From contig CDROCS010002866.1 of the NCBI GenBank assembly GCA_977020255.1, positions 372,001 through 436,000 of the forward strand: 64,000 nucleotides of DNA, given 5' to 3'. Numbering within the stretch: position 1 is the stretch's first letter; every line of letters begins with the position of its first letter. The notes beneath the pieces were generated by a model. The model made no database searches, was not told the DNA's origin, and worked only from the letters and a program-made list of their open reading frames with translations. Both the position numbers and the translations under genes were made by a program. This document shows, in pieces, positions 1-10,471 of this stretch. Source of the DNA: Obrimoposthia wandeli (Eukaryota).

Positions 1-650
1 ATATTGAAGAGATCTTCAGCCTTTAACAATTGTAAGGATGGGGTTATTTGATAAGCGATATCTCTTACAATAGCGCTAGTCGGGACAAGATCGGGGATTT
101 GAACAACTGAAATGGCTGCTGCGTGAGCCGCAAGCACTCCATTTTCGGAGTCTTCAAAAGCAATACACTCATGCAATTCTAATCTATGCTTTTGAGCGGC
201 CTTTAAGTAGATCTCTGGATGCGGCTTGCTTTTCAACACTTGATCCCCGCCAATCACAAAATCAAAGTAACCCAGTAAACCAGCGTTTGTTAATTTAACT
301 TTTGCATTGTTATAAGCCGTTGACGTTGCCACCCCCATTGGCACCCCTAAAGCAGCAAGCGCTTGTAAAAATGTTTCCGCTCCCAATTTGAGTGGTACAG
401 GTTGATTGAACGCTCTATCAGCATATAAAGCATCCCAGCGCTTACAAATTTCTGTGTAGGGCATATTGCTGTGACCATCGATTAACAACTGTTTTGTTCG
501 CTGTTTGTTAGAACCTATGCAACTAAGATATACCGCTTTATCTGCAACAAATCCGACATCATCGCAAGCTGTTAAGAAGCACTGCATGCAAATTTTCTCA
601 GAATCTAGTAACAAACCATCCATATCAAAAATCGCCGCTTTAAAGAGCAT
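1..650 (-). CDS. HAD-superfamily phosphatase (beta-PGM/CbbY-like), 3' end runs off the window
   Basis: Manual translation from ATG at 650: MLFKAAIFDMDGLLLDSE (HAD motif I), later HECIAFEDSENGVLAAHAA (motif IV). No stop before position 1, so absent from the ORF track. Confidence 0.87.
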   Translation of the reverse strand, partial: MLFKAAIFDMDGLLLDSEKICMQCFLTACDDVGFVADKAVYLSCIGSNKQRTKQLLIDGHSNMPYTEICKRWDALYADRAFNQPVPLKLGAETFLQALAALGVPMGVATSTAYNNAKVKLTNAGLLGYFDFVIGGDQVLKSKPHPEIYLKAAQKHRLELHECIAFEDSENGVLAAHAAAISVVQIPDLVPTSAIVRDIAYQITPSLQLLKAEDLFN

Positions 651-745
651 TATATCCAACCTTTATAATGGGAATTTACAAAATACCATGCTTCATAAAT
701 AGCAGATAACAAAAAACAAGAACAATCAATAACACAACAAAAAAT

Positions 746-2287
746 TTAGGTACCGCAAAAAGTTGTGTAACTGCCAAACCCTTTAGGTGCTGGTTCGCTG
801 TAAGCTACCCGCTCTGCTTTCTCATCAAACGGTTGTTGAAGTGCCGCTAATAACTGTTTAAACGGTGCAAAGTTATTTTCACGTTCTGCCGCTTGTAAAG
901 CTTCTTCAACTTTGTGATTACGAGCAATATAGATAGGATTAGTTTGCTGCATCTGAGTAACTATATCCGCAACTGACTGCCCTTCAACTATCAAGCGCTG
1001 AACCCAACGAACATGCCATTCTTGAAGAGATTGCATCGCTTTTGTCTTACCCTTTATAGCGAGCACTTTAAAGCAGTTTGTTAAATCAGTTTGTATAACG
1101 CCAACTTCACAACGACTAATAGTGTCAGCTAATGAACGGAACAGTTGGGTAAAATCCAACTTGTACTTAGCCATGATAGCGAGTAAATCATTAACTAATG
1201 CCTGATTTAAATCATCAGAGCTAATCAAAGCCAATTTTTGGTACATCCCTTTTAACCAATACGCTTGAAATTTTTCGTCAAACTTTTCAACCACTCCAGT
1301 TGCCATCTCTACCGCTTTATCTTCGCTTTCGTCTAGTAAAGGTAACAGTGTTTCTGCAAAGCGTGCCAAATTCCATTTTCCGATACTCGGCTGATTGGCA
1401 TATGCATAGCGCCCTTGCGTATCAATAGAGCTAAATACTTGGCTAGGGTTATATGCATCTAAAAAAGCACAGGGGCCATAGTCGATAGTTTCGCCACATA
1501 TAGTACTGTTGTCGGTGTTCATAACCCCGTGAACAAAACCAATGTTCATCCATTTAGCAATTAATGATGCTTGTTGATCTGCAACCTTTTCAATTAAAGC
1601 AAGATAAGGCTGTGTGTGAGCTTGCAGTGCTGGATAATGGCGCGCAATACTATAATCCGCTAACGTTTTTACCTTTTCGGTTTGACCGCGCGCTGCACAA
1701 TACTGAAAAGTGCCCACACGAATATGACTAGTCGCCACTCTGGCAAGCACTGCGCCTGGCAGTGCTTTATCACGCATTACTTTTTCGCCGGTAATAGTCG
1801 CCGCTAACGCTCTGGTAGTAGGTACGTGAAGATGATGCATTGCCTCTGCTAACAAATACTCTCGCAGCACTGGTGCTAGTGCTGCTTTGCCATCTCCACC
1901 GCGCGAAAAAATGGTGCGCCCTGAACCTTTCAGATGAATATCACAGCGCTGTCCTGCCCTATTTAAAACCTCACCTAATAGTAATGCTCGCCCATCACCT
2001 AACTGAGGGCTAAACCCACCAAACTGATGCCCTGCATAAGCTTGTGAAAGCGAGTCTGCGCCTAAAACTTGCGTACCTCCTGATAACATAGCTGCAAGAT
2101 CATGCTCAGATAGAGACGCAGTGTTGAGCCCTAAAATATCAGCCAATGGTTGGTTAAACTGAATCAGCTTCGGGTCTGGTGCTTCATCTCCTTGAAAAGA
2201 TACATATAATCCGGCTAATTGCTCAGCATAACTATTATCAAAGTTTAACCCTGAATCAATTGCTAGCTCGCTCATTGGGGTATCCAT
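746..2287 (-). CDS. selO: Protein adenylyltransferase SelO (YdiU family pseudokinase)
   Basis: GHQFGGFSPQLGDGRA, HGVMNTDN, IDYGPC motifs; C-terminal FCGT. Confidence 0.93.
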   Translation of the reverse strand: MDTPMSELAIDSGLNFDNSYAEQLAGLYVSFQGDEAPDPKLIQFNQPLADILGLNTASLSEHDLAAMLSGGTQVLGADSLSQAYAGHQFGGFSPQLGDGRALLLGEVLNRAGQRCDIHLKGSGRTIFSRGGDGKAALAPVLREYLLAEAMHHLHVPTTRALAATITGEKVMRDKALPGAVLARVATSHIRVGTFQYCAARGQTEKVKTLADYSIARHYPALQAHTQPYLALIEKVADQQASLIAKWMNIGFVHGVMNTDNSTICGETIDYGPCAFLDAYNPSQVFSSIDTQGRYAYANQPSIGKWNLARFAETLLPLLDESEDKAVEMATGVVEKFDEKFQAYWLKGMYQKLALISSDDLNQALVNDLLAIMAKYKLDFTQLFRSLADTISRCEVGVIQTDLTNCFKVLAIKGKTKAMQSLQEWHVRWVQRLIVEGQSVADIVTQMQQTNPIYIARNHKVEEALQAAERENNFAPFKQLLAALQQPFDEKAERVAYSEPAPKGFGSYTTFCGT

Positions 2288-2432
2288 TTAATGTTGCTGT
2301 TAGTGAAGGGGTGCGTATAAGTGTTGAGATAACTGCTAGTGTCGATATGAATATCGGTCTAGAAGTAATTTAAGATATAATTATTTGTGCAGATATATCC
2401 CTAAATCTTATGCCAAGCGCAATAAATAATCA

Positions 2433-2454
2433 GTGTAAGCCCTAAAGCTTACAC
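2433..2454 (-). terminator. Hairpin downstream of msrA (probable terminator)
   Basis: GTGTAAGC-cctaaa-GCTTACAC perfect 8-bp stem, 9 nt after the msrA stop. Confidence 0.45.
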
Positions 2455-2462
2455 TCGCTTAG

Positions 2463-2960
2463 CTAGCTTTTAGGCAAGATCCAATCTTGGCGCGGAAAAT
2501 GACAAGTGTAGCCTTCTGGAAAGTTTTCAAGGTAATCTTGATGCTCTATCTCTGCTTCCCAAAATGCACTTACAGGCTCTATTTGTGTTACAACAGGTGC
2601 CGGCCATAATTTCGAGTCATCAACATCTTTAATGGTGTTTAACGCTTCACTTTGCTGCGCAGCGTTGTGATAGAAGATAGCAGAACGGTAAGCGCTTCCT
2701 ACATCATTTCCCTGGCGCATTTCAGTGCTTGGATCATGTATTTGGAAAAAATATTCCAATATTTTTCGATAGCTGACTAGCTCACTATCAAAAGTGATTT
2801 CAATCGCTTCTGCATGAGTACCGTGGTCTCGATAAGTCGCGTTCTCGACGTCACCCCCGCTATAACCTACTCGTGTCGCGCTAACGCCTGGAAGCTTGCG
2901 AATTAAATCTTGCATCCCCCAAAAACAACCACCCGCTAGTGTTGCTATTTCTTGTGCCAT
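2463..2960 (-). CDS. msrA: Peptide-methionine (S)-S-oxide reductase MsrA
   Basis: GGCFWG active site, EHQDY motif; start overlaps msrB stop by 1 nt. Confidence 0.95.
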   Translation of the reverse strand: MAQEIATLAGGCFWGMQDLIRKLPGVSATRVGYSGGDVENATYRDHGTHAEAIEITFDSELVSYRKILEYFFQIHDPSTEMRQGNDVGSAYRSAIFYHNAAQQSEALNTIKDVDDSKLWPAPVVTQIEPVSAFWEAEIEHQDYLENFPEGYTCHFPRQDWILPKS

Positions 2961-3409
2961 TATGAATTTCTCTCAACTTGGTTAATATAATCCCCATAAC
3001 CTTGCGCCTGCATTTGATCTAGGGCGACAAACTTTAAAGAAGCAGAATTAATACAATAGCGTAAACCACCACTTTCTTCAGGCCCATCTGGGAATACATG
3101 TCCTAAATGGCTGTCGCCAAACTTTGAACGCACCTCTGTGCGAACCATGCCGTGAGTCACATCGCGTATTTCCTCAACATACTCAGCTATTATAGGCTTG
3201 GTAAAACTTGGCCAGCCACAGCCTGAATCAAACTTTGCTGAAGAGGCAAATAAAGGCTCTCCCGATACAACATCAACATATATACCTATTTCAGTGGTAT
3301 TTAACAACGCACCAGTACCTGCTCTTTCAGTGCCATTTTGCTGAGTAACTCTATACTCTTCAGGGCTTAGCGCAGCTATCGAAGATGCTAATTTTTCGTA
3401 CTTTTTCAT
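2960..3409 (-). CDS. msrB: Peptide-methionine (R)-S-oxide reductase MsrB
   Basis: [27 protein letters not shown] motifs. Confidence 0.95.
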   Translation of the reverse strand: MKKYEKLASSIAALSPEEYRVTQQNGTERAGTGALLNTTEIGIYVDVVSGEPLFASSAKFDSGCGWPSFTKPIIAEYVEEIRDVTHGMVRTEVRSKFGDSHLGHVFPDGPEESGGLRYCINSASLKFVALDQMQAQGYGDYINQVERNS

Positions 3410-3787
3410 AAAAACCTCTAGCTAGGAACCACGTTTGTCAACCGTTCATATGAGCTGCTAACACTGTAAAAATTGCACAATTCAATACCAAAAGTGAAAA
3501 GCTTGAATACATTTGCAAAGCTATACATGCAATTCACTTAAGTTTTAACGTTAGAAGTATTGTGACAATAAAAACGCTTAAAGATTCTGTTTTTTGCAGA
3601 ATAAAACGAAAGCAACATCACAAAATGAAGCTCTTAGTGTGATTGTATAAGTAAGTTTTTTCTAAGTGAAAGCAATTAAAAAACTACACGAATTTAAGAA
3701 GAAAATAATGGTTGAACACTAACAATAAAACCTTTGCATCAGCACTTTTGAAGCACTAAATACAAAGGCTTTATAGATGCTTTTAGC

Positions 3788-4492
3788 TTAATTTAAAGCG
3801 TTTTTTGCCAGTTTTGCAGCAGACGCCTTAGGGTATTTTTCGAGTAATTGCTGCCAAATAAGCTGAGCTTTAGATTGCTCTCCCATCCGCTGGTATGATC
3901 GTCCCAATTTATACATAGCGTCGGGAATTTTCGCTGATTTAGGATATTGCGCCATTAAACGCTGAAAATAGCTGCTAGCTTGAGGCAATTTTCCTTGCGC
4001 CAAATTAACTTCCCCTAACCAGTATATAGCATTCGACACGCGCTTTGCTTTAGGATGGCGTTTAATATAAGCCTGAAAAGCGCCTTCAGCTTTTTGTAAT
4101 TCCTGGGATTTAACATAAGCAAATGCTGCACTATAATCTTGCTGCTCATCGCCTGATAAACGGCTCTTCGATGCCGCTTCTGTATTGCCATTGGCAGAAG
4201 TAGTGCTTGAGTTATTTTGCTTGTAACTACTGCCACCTAAACGAGTATCCAGATCAGTGTACATGTCATGCTGCTGCTGCTTCAGATTTTTCAGCTCATA
4301 CTGTTGCGATTCAACTAACCCACGCAACTGCCTTACTTCGTCTTGCAGCTGTTGTACAACTAATACAAGATCATAGCGCTGGTTTGAAGCACTAGCACCT
4401 TCTGTCACTTTAATTACTTCAATTTGATTAGCGGCATAACAAGTGTTTGTTAACAATGCTACAACACAAAATACTTTTAACACTTTCACCAA
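3788..4492 (-). CDS. cpoB: Tol-Pal-associated protein CpoB (YbgF)
   Basis: Signal peptide, coiled coil, C-terminal TPRs (AIYWLGE, DAMYKLG); position after pal. Confidence 0.9.
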   Translation of the reverse strand: MVKVLKVFCVVALLTNTCYAANQIEVIKVTEGASASNQRYDLVLVVQQLQDEVRQLRGLVESQQYELKNLKQQQHDMYTDLDTRLGGSSYKQNNSSTTSANGNTEAASKSRLSGDEQQDYSAAFAYVKSQELQKAEGAFQAYIKRHPKAKRVSNAIYWLGEVNLAQGKLPQASSYFQRLMAQYPKSAKIPDAMYKLGRSYQRMGEQSKAQLIWQQLLEKYPKASAAKLAKNALN

Positions 4493-4512
4493 GAATTACC
4501 TATAGTTTGCTT

Positions 4513-5034
4513 TTATTTTGCGGTGTACTCGATTTCTACACGACGACTTTTGCTAGCCAAACCTGAGATATCTGGCTTTTCTTCACCGTAGCTAATTGTT
4601 TCCATTTGGCTAGAAGATACACCGCGTCCTACAAAAAACTGCTCAATTGATTGTGCACGCCTCTCACCTAATGCAATGTTATACTCACGCGTACCTTGTT
4701 CATCTGCATGGCCTTCTAATCTCACCGCTGCACCAGAGTTTTCAGCTAAAAATTGTGCGTGTAGAGAAAGATCATTTAGTGCTTCAGAGCGAATAACTGA
4801 CTGATCAAAATCAAAATAGTAAACGCTTTGTAAATCACCAACATTACTACTATTTACACCCGTAATAGATGATCCGTTAGTGGTTCCTGTAGACGTTGTC
4901 GATGATCCGTTATCAGCATCGCCATTATCTTTTACGATACCTGATGAGCTGCAGCCTACTACTAACAATGCAGCTAAAGTTAAACTGGCAAATTTTGAAA
5001 CGGTTTTGATCTTAGTTATTGTTATCTCTTTCAT
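4513..5034 (-). CDS. pal: Peptidoglycan-associated lipoprotein Pal
   Basis: Lipobox LVVGC; OmpA-like domain YFDFDQS, EGHADEQGTREYNIALGERRA. Confidence 0.94.
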   Translation of the reverse strand: MKEITITKIKTVSKFASLTLAALLVVGCSSSGIVKDNGDADNGSSTTSTGTTNGSSITGVNSSNVGDLQSVYYFDFDQSVIRSEALNDLSLHAQFLAENSGAAVRLEGHADEQGTREYNIALGERRAQSIEQFFVGRGVSSSQMETISYGEEKPDISGLASKSRRVEIEYTAK

Positions 5035-5083
5035 GGTGATCTCCAGCTATGTAATGGCTTCTCGCCATTATTTAAAGTAAAAA

Positions 5084-5110
5084 TGTTAAGTAAGCGCAAC
5101 TTACTTAACA
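5084..5110. other. Perfect hairpin in tolB-pal intergenic region (mRNA processing/stability element?)
   Basis: TGTTAAGTAAG-cgcaa-CTTACTTAACA 11-bp stem; two further small hairpins at about 5052-5070 and 5137-5157. Confidence 0.35.
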
Positions 5111-5159
5111 GAGTATTTAGAAGTCTTTGCACGATAACCTTTATCGAATAAAGGTTCCT

Positions 5160-6455
5160 TTAATTTAAGAATGGTGACCACGCAGGTTCGCGCACATCAC
5201 CGCTAGAATTGGGCATCGTAAATTTAATTTTACCATCGAGGGAAACGCCAGCTAAGACACCTCTACGTCCTGCCTTAGTTGCATACATAATCACAACGCC
5301 GTTAGGTGAAATAGTAGGTGACTCATCATCTTTCGAGTTTGTTAATATATCTAACCGACCTGTCTTTAAGTCCTGGACAGCAATGTGATACCCCAAATCG
5401 TCTTGGTGTACCATTGTTAAAAAACGACCATCCTGAGTAATCCGACCACGACTGTTATATTGCCCTTTAAAAGTCAGCCTTTTAATATCGCCACTGGCCA
5501 CATTAACACGATAGATTTGCGGGCGACCTGCGCGATCCGAAGTAAAGATGATTGATTTTCCATCAGGCGTCCAAGTTGGCTCTGTATCAATTCCGTAATG
5601 TCGTGTAATACGATCTAACCCACCCGTTTGCAGGTTCAATACATATATTTCAGGGTTTCCATCTTTAGAGAGCACAATCGCTAGTTTGTTACCCGTTGGA
5701 TTCCAAGCGGGCGCACCGTTTAAACCTTTAAAAGATTGAATTTTTTGACGTTTACCACTAGCCAAGTGCTGAATATAAATAGCAGGTCGATCTGTCTCAA
5801 AAGATACATAAGCAAGCTTTTGTCCATCTCGAGACCAAGTAGGTGAAAGAATAGGTTCATTAGAGGAAAGTATTGTTTGTACTCTGGCTCCGTCTGTATC
5901 TGCCATCTGTAATTTAAATTTTCTGGCAGGTCCTAAACCTTGCGCTGTTACATACACAATCTTGGTTGAAAATGCGCCACGAATACCGGTTATTTTTTGA
6001 AAAACCTCATCGGCAATGTAGTGCGCAATATCACGAAGGTCAGAGCCAGCACTATCAATGGTTTGTGACCAAAGTTTCTTTTCCGTCAAAATATCAAACA
6101 GCTCTACTGTCGCTGTTACTCCGTTTACATTGGGCTTTACACTGCCTATCAACATAAAATCGTTACCAGATATTCTCCAGTCGCGAAAGAAAATTTGTGA
6201 TTGCGTTTCAGGCGAACTAAGCATGTCGCCTTCTTCCATTAATTTAAACATACCGCTGCGACTTAAATCATTAGCCACAATAGCGGAGATGTTTTCAGAC
6301 AGCGCATTTTCACCATCCCAACCAAAAGGGACTACCGCGATATGTGTAGGCTCTTCTATGCCCCCATCTACTACTATTTGCAATTCAGCTTGTGCTGCCA
6401 CGCTAAATAATACGCAAAGCATTGCGCTAAAAAATTTAATTTTATTAATTACCAT
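5160..6455 (-). CDS. tolB: Tol-Pal system beta-propeller protein TolB
   Basis: N-terminal TolB domain plus PD40 repeats (SPTWSRDG, PAWNP, PTWTPDG, PAWSP). Confidence 0.96.
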   Translation of the reverse strand: MVINKIKFFSAMLCVLFSVAAQAELQIVVDGGIEEPTHIAVVPFGWDGENALSENISAIVANDLSRSGMFKLMEEGDMLSSPETQSQIFFRDWRISGNDFMLIGSVKPNVNGVTATVELFDILTEKKLWSQTIDSAGSDLRDIAHYIADEVFQKITGIRGAFSTKIVYVTAQGLGPARKFKLQMADTDGARVQTILSSNEPILSPTWSRDGQKLAYVSFETDRPAIYIQHLASGKRQKIQSFKGLNGAPAWNPTGNKLAIVLSKDGNPEIYVLNLQTGGLDRITRHYGIDTEPTWTPDGKSIIFTSDRAGRPQIYRVNVASGDIKRLTFKGQYNSRGRITQDGRFLTMVHQDDLGYHIAVQDLKTGRLDILTNSKDDESPTISPNGVVIMYATKAGRRGVLAGVSLDGKIKFTMPNSSGDVREPAWSPFLN

Positions 6456-7438
6456 CTAAGTTCTTCCGGTTTAAATGTGATAATGAATGTTCGCAATTCA
6501 CGGTTAAAATAACGCGGTGATGCCGACGCGATCTCTGCAACTCTTGGAAAGCTTTCACTTCTCCAAACTGCTTGTTCTGCAGCTTTGTCAAAAGCTGAAT
6601 TACCACTACTATCTATCAACTCTACGCCAACAATTTTACCTGAAGGTAGTAGTTTAATTCTAACCATTGCTTTTATACCATTACGGGCAGTAGAAGGTAT
6701 ACGTAAATTACTGCTCAGTATCCTTTTAATATAAACGTCTATCCCTGTTGCCATCTCATGTGCAATTTGATCAGCGGCGAATTGCTCTTCGTCTGCAATT
6801 TGCTTTTGCAGCGCCTTTATCCGAACTCTCTCTTCTTGTTTGCGCTTCTTATCTTGTTTTTTCTTTTTGTCTAACGCCTTTTTCTTACGCTTTTTCTCAG
6901 CATCAGCTTTTTTCTTGGCATCTAATGCTTCTTTTTTACGCTGCGCATCTTTCTCTTTACGCTTTTTATCTTTTAGCAGCGCTGCTTTATCCGCTTTTTC
7001 TTTGGCAGCTAACTTACGTTTTGATTCAATCTCACGCTGCTTTTCAGCCGTTTTCTTTTTTTCTAGTAACTCTTTTTCTAATGCTTGCTTTTGTACTTCA
7101 CGTTCTTTAGCTTTCGCCTGCTTTTGTAACTCACGCTCTTTATTTTCATCACGAGGTTCTTCTTTTTGCTTTTCAGGCGGCTTCTCTGGCTTTTTCTCAA
7201 TTTTCTTTTTGGGTTCGTTAATGGGTTCTTTTTTAGTTTTGTCTAAAACTTTGTCTTTTGCTTTTGCCTTATCTTTTTGCAATGCGGTGGTAAGCGTTTT
7301 TAAATCATACATTGTCGCTTGAATATGGCGAGGCAGCTCCCTACTTTGTTGCAGCTCTTTAAAAGGCGAAATAAATAAAACGGCAAGAATGCTAAAGTGC
7401 AAAATAGCCGCTAGTATTACCGGAAAGAAATAACTCAA
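6449..7438 (-). CDS. tolA: Cell envelope integrity protein TolA
   Basis: N-terminal TM with SxxxH-like AILH, K/E/A-rich helical linker, TonB-like C-terminal domain (SSGNSAFDKAAEQAV); position in operon. Confidence 0.9.
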   Translation of the reverse strand: MSYFFPVILAAILHFSILAVLFISPFKELQQSRELPRHIQATMYDLKTLTTALQKDKAKAKDKVLDKTKKEPINEPKKKIEKKPEKPPEKQKEEPRDENKERELQKQAKAKEREVQKQALEKELLEKKKTAEKQREIESKRKLAAKEKADKAALLKDKKRKEKDAQRKKEALDAKKKADAEKKRKKKALDKKKKQDKKRKQEERVRIKALQKQIADEEQFAADQIAHEMATGIDVYIKRILSSNLRIPSTARNGIKAMVRIKLLPSGKIVGVELIDSSGNSAFDKAAEQAVWRSESFPRVAEIASASPRYFNRELRTFIITFKPEELRW

Positions 7439-7441
7439 AGT

Positions 7442-7858
7442 TTACTCCGTCACCAAGCCAACACTAGGTGCACCGGCCCCTTGGATCAAACTCATAAGAG
7501 AAATAATTTGCTGATAAGTTACGTTTTTATCCCCTCTGACTAAAATCAGTTTCTTAGGGTTACTACGCATTACTTTTTGGATACGACTTTCAACCTCAGC
7601 GGCACTAATCGCCGTTAAATCATCACCACCAACATTTATATAATAAAGCCCTGCTACATCAACAGATACAATCATGGGTTCTGTATCAGAAGAATCCACC
7701 GGATCAGCACTGGCTTGCGGCAACTCTAACTTAACGCCTTGCGTAAGTAAGGGTGCTGTCACCATAAAAATAATTAGCAACACTAACATCACGTCAATAT
7801 AAGGAACCACATTGATTTCGGCGTTTAGCACATGCTTCTTTTTACGTTTTCTTATCAT
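7442..7858 (-). CDS. tolR: TolR
   Basis: AEINVVPYIDVMLVLLIIFMVTAP. Confidence 0.96.
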   Translation of the reverse strand: MIRKRKKKHVLNAEINVVPYIDVMLVLLIIFMVTAPLLTQGVKLELPQASADPVDSSDTEPMIVSVDVAGLYYINVGGDDLTAISAAEVESRIQKVMRSNPKKLILVRGDKNVTYQQIISLMSLIQGAGAPSVGLVTE

Positions 7859-7875
7859 TGAAAAAAGACCATTCG

Positions 7876-8556
7876 TTATTTAGGAGCATGCACTCTGCGG
7901 TGCAAAATACTAGAAAACTCTTCAGCAAAAATCTCATAGTTGTTCAGTAGATTACTCGCAGAGGAAGAGAATCTGTTATAGGCAATTACTGCGGGAATAG
8001 CCGCAAAAAGGCCCATTGCCGTGGCAACTAGTGCCTCTGATATACCAGGGGCAACTGCTGAAAGCGTGGCTTGCTGTACGTTTACCAATCCACGAAATGA
8101 GTTCATTATCCCCCATACTGTGCCGAATAAACCAACATAAGGAGAAGTAGACCCCACGGTGGCCAAAAAGGGCAAATGAGCATCCAGTTTTTCCTCTTCA
8201 CGTGATAGCGCTACGCGCATGCTACGCTCGACCCCTTCCATTACGGCTTCTGGATCGTAATTTTGCTGTGACGTTAAACGGGTATATTCTTTTATGCCTG
8301 CTCTAAAAATTTCTTCGGCTCCACCTGATGATTGTGGATTTTCCGATATATCTCTAAATAGCTGCCCTAGATCCACACCTGACCAAAACTTATCTTCAAA
8401 CTTAACGAGCGCTCGCTTAGCTTTTCTGAGAAAAAAGAAGCGTTGAAAAATCATAATCCACGATGCAAAAGATGCAAACATAAGAATGCCCATCACAGAT
8501 TTAACTACTAAGCTTGCACCTAGTATCAGTTCCACAATTGATACTGTTTCTACCAC
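7876..8556 (-). CDS. tolQ: TolQ
   Basis: LATVGSTSPYVGLFGTVWGIM and ALVATAMGLFAAIPA. Confidence 0.96.
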   Translation of the reverse strand: MVETVSIVELILGASLVVKSVMGILMFASFASWIMIFQRFFFLRKAKRALVKFEDKFWSGVDLGQLFRDISENPQSSGGAEEIFRAGIKEYTRLTSQQNYDPEAVMEGVERSMRVALSREEEKLDAHLPFLATVGSTSPYVGLFGTVWGIMNSFRGLVNVQQATLSAVAPGISEALVATAMGLFAAIPAVIAYNRFSSSASNLLNNYEIFAEEFSSILHRRVHAPK

Positions 8557-8599
8557 TTAACTTCTCCAATTTGCTATTTCTTATGCTGATTGCCAAACA

Positions 8600-9001
8600 C
8601 TAGTTGTATTGTGCGTTTGAAAAAATCTCTCTAATTTGCGGGGTAAACCGAGTCGGTTTCATATTCTTTGCATTGACACATACGACTTCTATCTGTGCTG
8701 CGCATAGTAGTTTGTTACTGTGTACTTGCTGTGTAAAAGTGACACTAGCTGCTGCGTATTTTTCAACGGCCACCGTTACACGTAGCTGATCATCTAATTT
8801 AGCCGGAGCTCGATAATCACAAGTAACTGATTTAACCACAAACAGATATCCTTGTTCTTTTAATGTTTTTTGCTCTAACCCATTTGTCCTTAATAGTTCG
8901 GTACGCGCACGTTCCATATACTTTAAGTAATTCACATAATAAACAATACCGCCAATGTCGGTATCTTCTATATACACTGTGATGGGAAATTCAAACACCA
9001 T
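8600..9001 (-). CDS. ybgC: Tol-Pal-associated acyl-CoA thioesterase YbgC
   Basis: VYIEDTDIGGIVYYVNYLKYMERARTE hot-dog motif; first gene of the tol operon. Confidence 0.93.
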   Translation of the reverse strand: MVFEFPITVYIEDTDIGGIVYYVNYLKYMERARTELLRTNGLEQKTLKEQGYLFVVKSVTCDYRAPAKLDDQLRVTVAVEKYAAASVTFTQQVHSNKLLCAAQIEVVCVNAKNMKPTRFTPQIREIFSNAQYN

Positions 9002-9318
9002 TAATTTTGAACCTGTAATTATTTAACGCGTAGCTAAGTGAATTCAGCCCTTTTAGCACATATTGGCAACACTACATTTTCTTGTATACAGTTATTTTTG
9101 AACTGATTTTAACCACCTTGCTGCACTATTTGAATAGCTAATTGTATTTTTTTTACAACAAACAGACATTTAGCATTCAAATAAGTTCGCAGTTGTGTCT
9201 TTTAAACAGCTTTACTAAGCAATTTCAGCTATTTCTGCATAAAATTTAAACAAATTCATTCATTTTAACCCATTAAACTCTTCTTCAAACAAACTCAATG
9301 TTTAGAAGACAACAAAAT

Positions 9319-9332
9319 TTGATTTTAATCAA
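9319..9332. promoter_or_regulatory. FNR/ANR-box-like palindrome between ruvB and ybgC
   Basis: TTGAT-TTTA-ATCAA, exact consensus match, but in AT-rich DNA and about 320 bp from ybgC. Confidence 0.3.
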
Positions 9333-9339
9333 AAAGGTG

Positions 9340-10359
9340 TTATAGGTTTTTATCAGGTACTTCTAAGCCAAAATGTAAATAAGCATGGTTAGTCACCACC
9401 CGCCCTCTTGGGGTACGCATAATAAAGCCTTGTTGAATTAAATAAGGCTCTAATACATCTTCAATCGTTTCACGTTCTTCACTAATCGCCGCTGCCAAAT
9501 TATCAACGCCAACCGGACCACCCCCGAATTTTTCTATCATGGTGAGTAATAAACGCCTATCCATATGATCAAAGCCTTTATCATCCACACTGAGCATGTT
9601 CAATGCTTTATCTGCAATAGTGGCGCTAATGACACCATCCGCCTTGACTTCGGCATAGTCTCGGGCACGGCGTAACAGCTTATTAGCAATACGCGGTGTG
9701 CCACGGCTGCGCATGGCAACTTCCCTGGCTCCCGCTGAATCAATTTTAGTACCCGACAATCCCGCTGAGCGCTCTACGATATATGCAAGGTCATCAATAC
9801 TATAAAATTCAAGTCGTTGAACAATGCCAAATCGATCTCTTAAAGGCGAAGTTAAGGATCCCGCTCTTGTCGTAGCACCGACTAAAGTAAAAGGAGGTAA
9901 ATCAAGCTTGATCGAGCGTGCAGCTGGACCTTCGCCTATCATTATGTCCAACTGATAATCTTCCATTGCGGGGTAAAGAATTTCTTCAACATTTGGGCTT
10001 AAGCGATGTATTTCATCAATAAACAATACATCCCCTGCTTCTAAATTGGTCAGCAGGGCAGCTAAGTCTCCAGCGCGTTCTAAGATAGGCCCTGAAGTAG
10101 TTTTTATTTCTGAATTCATTTCAGTAGCAATGATATTTGCCAAGGTGGTTTTACCTAAACCAGGGGGGCCAAAAATCAACGTGTGATCCAAAGCTTCTCC
10201 ACGTGCACGTGCAGCTTGGATAAATATTTCCATCTGCTCACGTACTACAGGTTGACCTTGATATTCGTCTAATGTGTGAGGCCTTATAGCTCTGTCTTGA
10301 ACCTCTTCAATCGTGCTTTTCTCTGCAACAGCTGAGACAAAGCGATCTGCTTCTATCAT
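9340..10359 (-). CDS. ruvB: Holliday junction branch migration ATPase RuvB
   Basis: GPPGLGKTT Walker [25 protein letters not shown]. Confidence 0.97.
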   Translation of the reverse strand: MIEADRFVSAVAEKSTIEEVQDRAIRPHTLDEYQGQPVVREQMEIFIQAARARGEALDHTLIFGPPGLGKTTLANIIATEMNSEIKTTSGPILERAGDLAALLTNLEAGDVLFIDEIHRLSPNVEEILYPAMEDYQLDIMIGEGPAARSIKLDLPPFTLVGATTRAGSLTSPLRDRFGIVQRLEFYSIDDLAYIVERSAGLSGTKIDSAGAREVAMRSRGTPRIANKLLRRARDYAEVKADGVISATIADKALNMLSVDDKGFDHMDRRLLLTMIEKFGGGPVGVDNLAAAISEERETIEDVLEPYLIQQGFIMRTPRGRVVTNHAYLHFGLEVPDKNL

Positions 10360-10471
10360 GGTTATCCTGTCTATTTAGACTTATTATGAATTTTTGGTTT
10401 CAAGACGTTACTTTGTTTAATTATGATCCAACAAAGCATCTTATATAAATGACTTATATTATGCACTGTGC

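Noticed and set aside
2433-2454. TGTAAG...CTTACA as a GacA box
   Set aside because: Spacer is 8 nt rather than 6, and it sits right after the msrA stop; better explained as a terminator hairpin.
6748-7322. Long plus-strand ORFs (120 and 160 aa) opposite tolA, and the many other short antisense ORFs in the track
   Set aside because: Shadow frames of real genes (tolA's K/E/A low complexity gives few antisense stops); no motifs or ribosome sites.
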